Shown: positions 1-13,440 of the stretch, piece after piece | How the letters are laid out: every line of letters starts with the position of its first letter | Numbering within the stretch: position 1 is the first letter of the stretch | Assembly (NCBI GenBank): GCA_013239625.1 | Contig: MU054194.1 | Span: 5,880 to 69,879 of the forward strand | From: Lama guanicoe | Taxonomy: Eukaryota | Reading direction: 5' to 3' | DNA: 64,000 bases | Notes under the pieces: generated by a model | Seen by the model: only the letters and a program-made list of their open reading frames with translations | What the model was told of the DNA's origin: nothing | Databases searched by the model: none | Position numbers and translations under genes: made by a program

Positions 1-1253
1 AAAAATATTTAACATGATGAAAAATAAGAAAACTTACAGCCAAGATACTCTAACTGGTAAGGCTACAATTTATATTTGAAGGAGAGATAGAGTTTCACAG
101 ATAAGCAAAAGGTAAAGTATTCAGCATGACAAAACTGGATTCACAAGAAATTTTAACTGTGCTTCTCTAAGTGGAAAGGAAAAACACAACTAAAAGTATG
201 AAAATTATGAAAGGAAAAATCTCATTAGTCAAGGTGAATATACAGTAAAGTTAGTAGATTAAGCACTTTTAAAATGAGTAGAAATGTTAAGAGACAAAAT
301 TAGTAAAATTGCCTATATACACAATAAGTAGTTAAGGGAAACACAGAACAAAGGATGTTAAATATGATATCAAAAAACATTAAATTTAAGGGAGGGAAGT
401 AAAATGGAATATTACTATAATATGTTCAAACTTAAGAGATTGTTAGCTAAAAATATTTATTTATGTATGTGTGTGCATGTGCGCGTGCGTGTGTGTGTAG
501 TTTGTGGTATTAAAAAAAAGTCATGGTAAACACAAACTGGAAATCAGTCATTGATATGCGAAAAAGAAAAAAAATATCGAAAAATTAAATGAAAAATAGT
601 CATCAAATCATAAGAGAAGAGAGCAAAAGGAGAACAAAAATAAATGCAAGAACAACCAGAAAACAATGAAGAAAGTGACAATAAGTACATACCTATCAAT
701 AATCACTTTAAATGCTAATGGGAAAAAATGCTCCAATCAAAAGACAGAGTGGTTAATAGATATAGAACAAGACCCAAATATGTGCTGCGCACAGGAGACC
801 AGCTTTGGATCTAAAGAAACACAAAGACTGAAAGTGAGAGAATCGAAAATGGTATTCCATGCAGATAAAAATGAAATGAAACCTCAGGTAGCAATATTTA
901 TCTCAGGCAAATTACACTTTAAAAGAAAAAGTGTAACAAGAGACAAAGAAAGTATTATATAATGATAGAGAAATCAATTTAGCAAGACAATATATCAATG
1001 CAAATTTCTATGCACCCAAATTAGAAGTACTTAAATACACAAAGCAAATATTAACAGACATGAATGGAGAAAATGAGGGAAACACTATAATAGTAGGGGA
1101 CATTAACACCACACAAACATCAATAGACAGATAATCCAGGCAGAAATTCAGTAAGGAAACACTGGCATTAAAAGACATCTTAGGCCAAAATAAACCTGTC
1201 TCTCTCTTTCTCTCTCTCTGTCTCTCTGTCTGCCCCTGTATAGATAGATAGAT

Positions 1254-1313
<60 letters not shown>

Positions 1314-4300
1314 TAACATTCCATCCAGAAGTTGAAGAGTACACCCATTCTTTTCAAGTGCACATGGAACATTCTCAAGGATAGATTACATACTAAGTCA
1401 TAAAGGAAGTCTCAATACATTTAAGAAGATTGAAATAATATGAAATATCTTTTCTGACTACAACCATGTGATATTAGAAATAAACTACAAGAAAAAAATC
1501 CACACACACACAAAATCTGTGAACACATGGAGGTTAAACAAAATGCTACTATACAGCCGATGGGTTACTGAAAAGAATATCACATATGAAATTTAAAAAT
1601 ACTTGGTCACAACGGGAAATGGAAACACAATGATACAAAAAGTATGACACAGCAAAAACATTTCTAAGAAGCAAGTTTATAGTAGTACAGGCCTAACTCA
1701 GGAAACAAAATTCTAAAATAAACAGTCTGACCTTATATACCTTATATCATACAGAATTTAAAAAAAAAAAGGAACAGAAAAACCAGAAGTTAGTAGAAGG
1801 AGAGAAGTAGTAAAAATTAGAGTGGAAATAAATAAAATAGAGAACAAAGCTATAAAAAATATCCATAAAGCTAAGAGATGTTTCTTTGAAAAGCTATATA
1901 ATCTCATCATTTAAAAAAGTGAGAGGGATCAATTATTTTTTAAATTAGAAATGAAGAGAAGTTATAGCCAAAACCACAGAAATATGAAGGATCATAAGAG
2001 ATCGTTATAAATAATTATAAACCAATAAAGAGAACATAGAAGAAATGGATAAATACCTCAAGTGTACAACACCCCAAGACCAAATTTGGAGAGAAATAGA
2101 AATTATGAACAGACTAATTATCTCTAATTATCAATAGAGATCACCAGTAATAAAATGAAATCAGTAAAAACAAAAAACAAAAACAAAAAACTCCCAACTA
2201 ACAAAAGCCCAGGACTAGCTGACTTTATATGTAAGCTCTACCAAACACTTAAAGATGAGTTAATGGCTATTTTTCTCAAACTGATCCAGAAAATTGAAGA
2301 GTAAGGAAGTTTCTGAACTCATTCTACAAGGCCAGCATCACCCTGATACTAAAACCACAAAAAGATACTACCCAAAAAATAAAATTATAGGCCATTATCA
2401 TTGATGAACATAGATGCAGAAAAATTCTCAACAAAATATTCACAAACTAAGGTCAACAACACATTAAAAGACTCATATAGTATGATCAAGTGGGATTTAT
2501 TTAAAGGACTCAAGTTCAATATCTGTAGCTCAATCAATGTGAAATACCACATTAACAAATTCAAACTTACAAATCATTTATCACCTCAATAGATGTATAC
2601 AAATCTTTTGACAAAAATCTAACATTCATTTCTAATGACAACTCTCAACAAAGTCGTTACTTCTGAGGAAACATTCCTCAATATACTAAAGGCAATATAT
2701 GACAAACTCACAGCCAACATCATACTCAATGAGAAAAAGCTGAAAGCCTTTCCTCGAAAGTCACGAATGAGACACAGATGCCCACTGTTGCTGCTTTTAT
2801 TCACCTTGGAGATTCTAGCCATAGCAATCAGACAAGAAAAATAAATTTAGAAATCCAAATTGAAAAGGGAAAAGTAAAACTGTGACTCTTTGCTATATGT
2901 TTCAATGACATGATACTGGATATAGAAAATCCTAAAATTTCTACAAAATATCAGAACTAATAATTTCAGTACAGTTGCAGGATGCAAAATTAATATATAG
3001 AAATCTGTCAGATTTCTATGCACTAGCAATATCTCTCAGACTTGTTAAGAAGACAATCTCATTTATAATTGCATCAAGAAGAATAAAGTATGTAGGCTTG
3101 ATACCTAGAACATCTAATCAAGGAGATAAAAGACTTGTACTTGTCAACTATAAAACATTGATGAATGAGATTAAAGATGCCACAAACAGATAGAAATATA
3201 TACTGTTTTCATAGATTGAAAACAGTATTTTAAATGACCATGTTACCCAATACAATCTTAACCTGAAATTTGTGTAGAATCACAAAAGACCCCAAATAGC
3301 TAAAACAATATTGAGGAAGAAGACAAATCTGAAAGTTTCACAGTCCCTGACTTCAGAGTATATGACAAATGTACAATAATCAAAACAGTGTGGTACTGGC
3401 ACAAAACTGGACACATACATACATAAATGGAACGGAAACCCACACCTACATGGTCAATTACTCTATGACAAAGGAGGCAAGAGAATAAAATGGAGAAAAG
3501 ACAGCATCTTCAATAAATGGTGTTGGGAAAACCAGATAGCTACACGCAGAAAAATCAAGCTAAACTACTTTCTCACACCATAAACAAAAATAAATTCAAA
3601 ATAGAAACATAAATGCTTACATTCAGGGCTTACCCTGAAACTGTAATACTCCTAGAAGAAAACATAGACAATATGCTCTTTGACATCCGTCTTAACCATA
3701 TATATATTTTTTTTTTTTTTGATTATGTCTCCTCAGTCAAGGGAAACAAAAGCAAAAACGAACAAGTGAAACCACATAAAACTAAAAATCTTTTCTACAG
3801 TGAAGGAAACCATCAACAAAATGAAAGCAACACAGTCTTCCTGAAAAATGGGCAGAGAGCCTAAATAGACATTTTTCAAAAAAAGGCATTAGATGACAAA
3901 CAAACAAGTGGAAATATATTCTACATCACTCATCAGGGAAATACAAATCAAAACCACAATATGATACCTCTTCACATCTGTCATAACGTCTATTATCAAA
4001 TAGACAACAATTAGGATGTGTTGGTGAGGATGTGGAGGAAAAAAATTCCTTGTTCACTGTTGGTGGGATTGTAAACTGGTTCAACTTCTATGTAAAACAA
4101 TATGAAACTTCTCAAAAATTTAAAAGGAAAAATACCATATGATCCAGCAATTTACCTTCTGGGTGTTTACTCAAAGAAAACAAAAAAAAAATTTTTAAAT
4201 ATATGCACCCCTACATTTATGCAGCATTATGTACAACTCCCAAGCTATGGAAGGAACCTAAATGTCCATGATAGATGAATACATAAAGTTACAGACTCAC

Positions 4301-4790
4301 ACACACACACGCACAGACACACACACTGCAGAATAGAATATTACTCAGCAGCAAAAATCTTGCCATTTGTGAATACATGAACAGAACAACAAGGTATGAT
4401 GCTAAGTGAAATAAGTCAAGAGAAAGACGAATACTGCATGATCTTACTGATGCATGGAATGTAAAACAGAAAACAAACATAAGCAAGTAAAGGCAGACAC
4501 ATAAATAGTAAAAACAGGTGGTTGCCAGAAGGGAGGGGGTAGGGGTGGGCAAAATATAGGGGAGGGGGATTAAGAGGTACAATCCTCCAGTTATACAATA
4601 GGTTAAGTCCATGGAATGTAGTATACAGTATAAGAAATAGGGTCAATAATATTTTAATATATTTGTATAGGTACAGATTGTTATTAGACTTACCATGGTG
4701 ATCATTTCATAATATATAGAAATGTCAAATAATTATGTAGTACCCCTGAAAATAACATAATATTGTATATCAACTATATTTAAATATAAT
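1..4790 (+). mobile_element. Old decayed LINE-1 (ORF1 end, spacer, ORF2, 3' UTR); 5' part lies outside the window
   Basis: ORF2p fragments: endonuclease N-terminus STYLSIITLNANG...QETSF (666-962), MMNIDAE (2401), [23 protein letters not shown] (2635-2844). L1-type 3' end 'tatatcaactatatttaaat' near 4780. Many stops and frameshifts. Confidence 0.92.
1197..1312. repeat. Compound (TC)n/(TAGA)n microsatellite expanded inside L1 ORF2
   Basis: TC-rich run at 1197-1232 followed by about 18 TAGA units at 1239-1312. Confidence 0.95.
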
Positions 4791-5864
4791 TATCCAGATT
4801 TTATTTGATGGATAATTAGGTATTTTTTCTTCCCTTGTTTATTTAAAAGCTACATTAAGATATATTTCACATAGCATGTAATTTACCCATTGAAAGTGTA
4901 CAGTACAATTATTCTTATATATTAACAAATATGTTCAATCAAGTTCTGGGTATTCATTCAAATTCAGGATATTTCCTTCACCCCAAAAGAAAATATTTTC
5001 CTTTTAGCTATCACCTCTCTATCTGTTCCCTCATAACCCTCAGGCCTAAGAAACCAGTAATGTATTCTCTGTCTCTGTGGATTTGACTTTTGTGGAAATT
5101 TCGTATGAATAGAATCACATAGTATGTGGTCCTTTATGACTAGCTTCTTTCACTCAGCTTAATGTTTTCCAGGTTTACACATGTTGCAGCACATATCAGT
5201 ACTTAATTTACTTTCATTGCTGAATGATATTCTATTGTTTGGATGTTTTGTTTATCTATTCATCAGTCCATGAATGCTTGAGTTATTTCTATTTTAGCAA
5301 TTGTGAATATTGCTGCTCTAAATGATTGTGACTGTTTGGGGACAGATATATTTATTTCTTATGGGAACATACCTAAGAGTGGAGTTGCAGGGTCATACGG
5401 TAACTGTATGTTACCCATTTGAGGAATCACGTTTTCCAAAGCGGTTTCACCTTTTTACAGTCCCACCAGCAATGTATGAGACATTCAGTTCTCCACATTC
5501 TGCCAACACTTGCTTTTATCTGACTTCTTGATTCTAGCCACCTAACGGGTGTGAAGTGGTATCTCATTGAGGTTTTTATTTGTATTTCCGTGATGGCTAA
5601 TGATGGTCTGTATGATTTCATATGTTTTTTGGTCATCTTAATATTCCTTTTGGAGAAATGCCTGCTTATATCCATTGCCACCCCATTTTTAATAGAGTTA
5701 TTTGTCTTTATGTAATTGAGCTTTATGAGTCACTTGTTTATTCTAGACAGCAAATATGTGATTTTCAATTATTTCTATCACCCTGTAAATTGTCTTTTTA
5801 CTTTATTGATATTGTCCATTGGGGGGAAAACATTTAAATTTGATCAAGTCCAATTTATTTTATT

Positions 5865-6145
5865 TTTTAACATTTTTTATTGATTTATAATCATTTTACA
5901 ATGTTGTGTCAATTTCCAGTGCAGAGCACAATTTTTCAATTATACATGAACATATATATATTCATTGCCACATTCCTTTCTCTGTGAGCTACCATAAGAT
6001 CTTGTATATATTTCCCTGTGCTATAAAGTATAATCTTGTTTATCTATTCTACAGTTTTAAAATCCCAGTCTATCTCTTCCCACCTCCCACTCCCTTGGCA
6101 ACCACAAGTCTGTATTCTATGTCTATGAGTCTATTTCTGTTCGGT

Positions 6146-6177
<32 letters not shown>

Positions 6178-6386
6178 TTTTTAGAGTCCACATATGAGCG
6201 ATCTCATATGGTATTTTTCTTTCTCTTTCTGGCTTACCTCACTTAGAATGACATTCTTCAGGAGCATCCATGTTGCTGCAAATGACATTATGTTGTCGGT
6301 TTTATGGCTGAGTAGTATTCCATTGTATAAATATACCACCTCTTCTTTATCCAGTCATCTGTTGATAGACATTTAGGCTGTTTCTT
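5865..6386 (-). mobile_element. 5'-truncated young L1 3' fragment (~520 bp)
   Basis: Reverse complement of the 3' end shared with 24940-25454 and 44580-45230 ('...acacaacattgtaaaatgattataaatcaataaaaaatgttaaaa'). No clear TSD. Confidence 0.92.
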
Positions 6387-8308
6387 GTTGTTTCTGCTGT
6401 TGATGACACGTTTAATAAATCAATTACCATATCTAAGATCATGACTATAATTCTATATTTTTTCCTAGTAATTTTAAAGTTTTCACTCACATTTAGGCTT
6501 TTGATCTAATCAGAGATAACTTTGTACATGGTGCTATTAATTATTTTGAATGTCACTATCAATTGTCCTACCACCTTTGGTCTGAAAAGTATTATTTCCC
6601 CATTGAATGCTCTCAGCTCCTTTGTCAAACATCAGTTGTTATGGACACAAAGGTTTATTTCTGAAATATGAATTCTCTTCAATTGATCTGCATGTTCACC
6701 TTTAACCTGGGACAGCACTATCTTGGTTACTGTTCTTTGAAGTAAGTTCTGAAATCAAGAAGTGTGGGTACCCCAACTTTGTTCCTTATTTTCCAGATTG
6801 TTTTGAATATCCTGGGTCCCTTGAAATACAATATAAATTTTAGAATCAAGTAATCAATACCAACCATAAAGCCAGATGGGATGATAATAGTGTAGTGAAT
6901 CTGAAGATCAATTCAAAATATATTGCCAACTTTAAATATTAATTCTTCCACTTATGGAAATGGGGGGCCTTCTTTTTCATTTAGACCTTCTTTAGGTTCT
7001 TTCAACACTATTGTGTAGTTACAATAGTAAGTTTCATAGTTCTTTTGGTAAATCTACTCCTAAATATTTTATTAGTTTTGATACTATTGTAAATGGAAAG
7101 TTTTCTCAATCTCTTTGGGATTTTTTTATTCGAAGTATATACAAACACTGTTGCTTTTTCAATATTGTTATTGTACCTTACAAGCTTATTTAACTCATTT
7201 ATTATTTCTAATAGTGTTTAGTTATTCTTTACGATTTTCTTCAGTCTAGATCACATATTCTGTGAATAGAGATAGTTTTAATTGCTTCATTTTCAATGAG
7301 CGTTGTCTTTTGCTTTTTTTTTTTAATTGCCTAGTTGCTCTGGTTATAACCTGCAGGAAAAAGTTTAGCAAAACTGATGAGAGCAGACATCCTTGTCCTG
7401 TTGTTCATATTTGGGGAAAAGCATTCAGTCTTCAAACTTTAAGTATAATATTAATTGTGGGTGGTGTTGGTTTGTTTGTTTGTTTGTTTTTTGGTGGATT
7501 ATGAATTGGGCAAGTTTCCTTCTGTGCTACTTTGCTAGGGCTATTGTAACAAAGTACCACAAACTGAATGGTTTAAACAACAAAATTTATTTTCTCAGTT
7601 TTGAAAGCTACACATCTAAAAGTAAAGTGTCAACCTTCCCTCTGAAAGTTTTAGCAAATTATCCATTCCAGGTCTTTCCTCCTGGATTCTGTAAATTTAT
7701 TGGCTTTGACCACATGGATTCAATACTTACACAATGTTCTCCCTGTGTGAGTGTTTGCGTCCACATTTCTTCCTTTCATCAGAGCCCAGATCACATTGTA
7801 TTAGGCCCTCCCTTCTCCAGTATGAACTCATCTTAACCAATATGTACGTAACAACTATATTTCAATATAACGCCAAGTTTTGAGGTACTGGATGTTATAC
7901 ATCAAACATATGAGTTTGGAGATACTCAATTCAACACATCTATCCTCTGTCTCCCAACAACAGTCAACCTTTTGCCCACCCCAACATTTATGTGTTTTTC
8001 CTAAACTAAACATATTTACCCCTTCCTGATACTTCAAAATTCTTAGCCCATTCCTGAATCAATCCTAAGTTGAAGTTTTCTTCTATATATTATCTAAATG
8101 GGTGAGACACAGGATATGATATATCCTCAGGTAAATCTCTCCATCTATAAACATGTGAAATCAGGCAAGAAGTTATCTTCTCCCAAAATACAATGATGAA
8201 TTAGTCACAGGGTAGACATCCCCATTCAAAAAGGAGAAATAGGAAGAAAAAAAGCAATCACGAATCGATAGCAGGTCCAAAATCCAGCTGGTCAAATTTC
8301 ATTAGATT

Positions 8309-8360
8309 GATTGATTGATTGAATGGAAGTACAGTCAGTTTACAATGTTGTGTCAATTTC
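8309..8360 (-). mobile_element. Extremely 5'-truncated L1 3' tip (~50 bp) with a (GATT)n tail
   Basis: 'gaagtacagtcagtttacaatgttgtgtcaatttc' is the reverse complement of an L1 3' terminus; flanked by cattagatt (8300-8308) / cattggatt (8361-8369). Confidence 0.75.
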
Positions 8361-8971
8361 CATTGGATTTTAAAGCTTGAGAATAATCCTCATTGACTCA
8401 ATGTGCTGTCCTCTGGGTCCACCAAGGTTGTGGCCTAATATCCTCAGCCTTAAGAGACAGCCCTGCACTCTGGAATCCAGGATGTGTCCCCACCTTCAGG
8501 GTCATTCTTACACTTACTTGAAAATTAACACATATTCACAGCTGAATAATTCTATATGTCCATTTCCTGCCAGTAGAATCTGAGAAGTCTAAAAGCCTTC
8601 CTTAATTTTGTCCCATCTCTCTCCTCTTCACTACAACTTTACAGTGTTTCTGCTGAATTTGTGGCTTGGACTCATAAGTCCCACACTTAATCTCTTCAGC
8701 AAATCCTTGTCTAGCCACTGTCTTGATGTTTTCTCCAAAGCACACTATTTTGTTCTTATGTTTGTTTGTTTCTTTCTTTGGAATATGGCTAAGCTGAGAA
8801 TTCTCTGAATTTTCATTTCTGATTATTTTCTGTTTTATAATTTTTTTCAAAACATTCATCTAATGTTGTTTTATTATAAGTGCCAAGGAGAAACCAGACC
8901 AAGTTTTCAACACTGCTTAAATGCCTCCTCAGCTAAATATAGAGGTTTTGTTTTTTCCTTACATGTTCTAC

Positions 8972-9447
8972 TGTTTCTAAACTGAATTTGAGTCTGGTCG
9001 ACTGCATTCTGTAAAGTCAATCTACTGACACTGGGTTCTGGTGAAAGAAACTGCATAGTCTATTGTAAGACACCATACTAGGAGTCGGGACAGATAATGC
9101 TCAAAACACCTGAACTCTCTGATGGGTTTCAGGAAGGCATTGTTTAAGGCCAGATGAGATGGTGGGGGGTAATCACGGTTCTCTGATTTGTTGATGGTGA
9201 GGTAATAAGGTGGTATCACAAGCGTTAACATTTACAATCCTTAGGCTCCAGTAGGCCTGGGAGCTATGTGCCCACGGTCATCAAATAGTTATCATCTTCC
9301 ATTTGGTGTTTTTTTTGACATCTTTAAAGCAACTCAGGAAATGTGTATCAGAAACTATTGTCTAGGTACTTCAGAGAGGAGGTAAAACAGAGGATATAAG
9401 GGAGAGATCTGTCCTGGGAAGACCCCATAGTGTCCTGCTCAGTTACA
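8972..9447 (-). mobile_element. Solo LTR, probably class I (ERV1), nested in the MaLR internal region
   Basis: 476 bp with TG...CA termini; perfect 4-bp TSD ctac (8968-8971 / 9448-9451); the minus strand begins TGTAACTGAGCAGGAC. Confidence 0.85.
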
Positions 9448-10599
9448 CTACTTTCTACTCAACCAAACACAATTTACCCAAAATATCTGCTCTGGTTTCC
9501 AATAAGATCTTCCTCATTTCGGTCTCAGACTTCACCAGTAGTATATTTCACGTTCATATAGATATCAACATTCTGTTTATGTGGGTGGGTGGGTGTTGTG
9601 TGTGCATTTGTATACTTTTTTATTCTTTCTATGAGGACATAAGTCATATTGTATTACAGGAACAGCCTATTTCAGTATGACCTCATATTAACTTCAATAA
9701 ATAAATACATCTGCAAAACTGCTGTTTCAAATTAAGGCTACATTCCGAGGTATCAGAGGTTTGGAATTAAAATATGAAATTCTGGGCTGTACAGGTCATA
9801 GCATATCATCTTCAATTCCTAGTTTGTTTAGTGCTCATGAAAGGCATTGAAGGGGTCTTGGATTTTGTCAAACACTTTTTCTGGAACTATTGGGATAATC
9901 GTGTATATTCTGTTTCTCTAGTCTCATAATGTGGTATATTACAGAAATTTATTTTAGTTCATTTGATTTATCTTGCATGTCTGGGATAAAACCAACATGA
10001 TTATAAAAAGTAATTCTTTTTTTATGTGAGTGGATTTTGTTAGTGTTTTTTTTTGTCCATATTTATGAGATCTATTTGTAGTTTTAATTTTCTTACCATG
10101 TTTTAGAAATGTTGGGAACTGTTTCCTCCTCTTTATTTCTTTATTGAAGTATAGTTAATTTACAATTTTATGTTAATTTCTGATGTAGAGCATAGTGATG
10201 TGTATATATATGTGTGTGTGTGTGTGTGTTTACCTTTTGTATTATTTTTCATTATAGACTATTACAAGATATTGAATACAGTTCCCAGTGCTGTACAGTA
10301 AGACATTGTTGTTTATCTAATTTCTATAGAGTAGTTAGAATCTGCAAAATCTGACCTCTCAATTTATCCATCCACCCTCTCCTTCCTTCTCTGGTAACCG
10401 TAAATATGTTTTCTTGTGTCTGTGAGTCCATTTATGTTCACTTGTGTAACTGTTTATGATTCCACCTCTAAGTGATCTTATATGGTATTTTTCTTTCTTT
10501 TTCTGGCTTACTTCACTTAATATGAAAAACTCCTGGTCCACCCATGTTGCTGCAAACGGCATTATTTTCTTCTTTTGTATAGATGAGTAGTATTCCACC

Positions 10600-10727
10600 G
10601 TGTGTATGTATATATGTTTGTATGTATGTGTATATATATATATATGTGTGTGTATATTTATATTTATATTTATTTATATATATATGTGTGTGTGTGTGTG
10701 TATACATATATATATATATATATATAT
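10600..10727. repeat. (TA)n/(TG)n compound microsatellite
   Basis: Alternating TA and TG runs, seen directly. Confidence 0.9.
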
Positions 10728-13411
10728 CACTTTGTATGCTCTACACTATGCTCTACATATATATAAGTTCTATATCCAATCATCTGTCAATGGACATGTA
10801 GGTTTTTTCCATAACTTAGCTATTTTTTATAGTGCTGCTATGAACGTTGGGGCACATGTATTTTTTGAATTAGAGTTTCCTCTGGATGTATGCCCAGGAG
10901 TGGGATTGCTGAATTATAAGATAAGTCTATATTTTTTTAAGAATTCTCACTACTGATTTCCATAATGACTGCACCAAACTACATACCCACCAACAGTGTA
11001 GGAGGGTTCCCTTTTCTCCACACCCTCCCAAACATTTATTGTTTGTGGATTTTGAAAATGATGTCCATTCTGACCAGTGTGAGGTGATACCTCTTTATAG
11101 TTTTGATTTGCATTTCTCAGATGATTAGTTATATTAAGCATGTTTATGTGCTTACTGGCATGTCTTCATTGGAGAAATGTTTGTTTAGGCCTTCTGCTCA
11201 ATTTTGAATTGTGTTGCTTTTTTTCTTGTTATTGAGTACTGTGAGCTGTTTGTATATATTCTGGAAATTAAATTCTTGTCAGTCGAATCTTTTCCAAATA
11301 TTTTCTCCCATTCTATAGGCTGTCTTTTTGTTTTGTTTATAGTTTCCTTTGCTGTGCAAAAGTGTATAAGTTTAATTCAGTTACGTATGTCTATTTTTGC
11401 TTTCATTTCTATTGCCCGGGTAGACTCCCTCAGGAGAACATTGCTGAGATCTATGTCAGAGAATGTTTTGCCTATGATTTCTTCTAGGAGGTTTATAGTG
11501 TCTTGCTCTATGTTTAACTATTTAAGACATTTTGAATTTATTTTTGTGTATGGTGTGAGGCAATGTTCTCATTTTATTGATTTACATGGGCTATCCAACC
11601 TTCACAACACAACTCGCTAAAGAGGCTGTCTTTCCTCCATTATATATTCTTGCCTCCTTTTTTGACCATTAGTTGACCATGGCTGTGTGGGTTTATTTCT
11701 GGGATCTCTATTCTCACCCATTGATCCATATGTTTGCTTTTCTGCCAATATCATGCTGTTTGGTGTGATAGCTCTGTAGTATTGTCTGAAGTCTGGGAGA
11801 GTTATTCCTCCAGCTTTATTCTTTTTCTTCAGTATTGCTTTGGCAATTCTGGGTCTTTTGTGATTCTATATAAATCTTAGGATCATTTGTCCTACTTCTG
11901 TTAAAAAATGTCCTGGGTAATTTGACAGGGCTCACATTAAGTCTGTAGAGTGCTTCTGGTAGTATGGTCATTTTAACAATAATTCTTAAATTCCAGGAGC
12001 ATGGAATATATTTTCACTTATTTAAATATTCTTTAGCTTCTTTAGTCAATGTTATACAGTTCTCTGCATATAAATCTTTCACTTACTCGGTCAGGTTTAT
12101 TCCTAAGTATGCTATTTTTGATGTGATTTTAACGGGGAATTTTTTTTTTTTACTTTCCTTTTCTGAACTTTCAATGTTAATATAAAGATTTGCAACAGGT
12201 TCCTGTATGGTTATCTTGTATCCTGCTACCTTGATGAATTTGTTTATCAGCTCTAGTAGTTTATGTGTGGAGTCTTTAGGGTTTTCTACATACAATATCA
12301 TGTCATCTGCATATAATGACAATTTTACCTCTTCTGCTCTAATTTGGATCCTTCGTATGTATTTTTCTTTTTTGATTGCTATGGGCAGGACTTCCAAATA
12401 TATGTTGAGTAAAAGTGATGAGAGTGGGGGCATCCTTGTCTTGTTACAGATTTTAGTGGGAAGGCTTTAAACTTCTTACCTTTGAGTATTATGTTGGCTG
12501 TGGTTTTGTCATAAATAACTTTTATTACGTTGAGATACGTTCCCTATATACCCACTTTGTTAAGAGATTTTATCATGAATGGATGCTAAATTTTATCAAC
12601 TGCCTTTTTTCTCCATATATTGAGATGATCATGTGTGGTCCTTTATTTTGTTGATGTTTTGTATCACACTGATTCATTTGCTATGCTGAATCATCCTTCT
12701 GACCCTGGGATGAATTTAAGTTTTTTATAGTGTATAATATTTTTCTATGTTGTTAAATTATGTTTGTTAATATTTTGTAGAGAAGTTTTGAATCTATGTT
12801 CATTAAGGTGTTGGCCTGTAATTCTCTTTTTTGGTAGTGTCTTTGTCTGGTTTTGGTATCAGGGTGATGGTGGCTTCATAGAATGAACTTGGGTGTGTTC
12901 CCTATTGTGCAAACTTTTGGAAAAGGTTGATAAGAATTGGTATAAGTTATTTTTTGCAAGATTGGTAGAATTTCCCAGTGAAGCCACCCAGATCTCAACT
13001 TTTGCTTGCAGGGTTTTTTTTTCAATTACAGATTCTATTTCCCTTCTAGTGACTGGTCTGTTCATCTAATCTATTTCTTCTTGATTCAGTTTTGGTGGAC
13101 TGTATGTTTCTAGAAAGTTGCCCATTTCTTCTAGGTTGTCCGATTTGTTGCCATATAGTTGCTCATAGTATTCCTTTTTTTTTTTGCACTTCTGTGGTAT
13201 CAGTTGTAATTTCTTCTATTTCATTTTTTTAATTTTGTTTATTTGTGTTCTCTATTTTCTGTTTCTTTTTAGTGAGCATGGTGATCATTTTATTTACTCT
13301 TTCAAGAAAACCAGGTCTTGGTTTGATTAAGTTTCTCTATTTTTTTAATCTTTACTTTATTTATTTCCTCCATGACCTTTATTATTTCTTTCCTTCTGCT
13401 GACTTCAGGTG

Positions 13412-13440
13412 GTGTTGTTGTTGTTGTTGTTGTTGTTGTT
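13412..13440. repeat. (GTT)n microsatellite
   Basis: About 9 GTT units. Confidence 0.9.

Larger units (their letters stand above)
7523..9808 (-). mobile_element. MaLR (MLT1-type) LTR element: LTR ~7523-7940, internal region, partly deleted second LTR ~9620-9808
   Basis: TG...CA termini; 5-bp TSD ccttc (7518-7522) / tcttc (9809-9813). MLT1-like 'gctagggctattgtaacaaagtaccacaaactg'. Repeated LTR motif 'cagtatgaactcatcttaac' / 'cagtatgacctcatattaac'. Confidence 0.85.

Noticed and set aside
1008..1378. ORFs with repeated YLSI/LSIY units
   Set aside because: Translation of the (TAGA)n microsatellite
10513..10956. Cys/Val/Tyr/Ile-rich ORFs; also poly-Cys at 13245-13502 and HT/VC repeats at 26078-26350 and 60053-60293
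   Set aside because: Microsatellite translations
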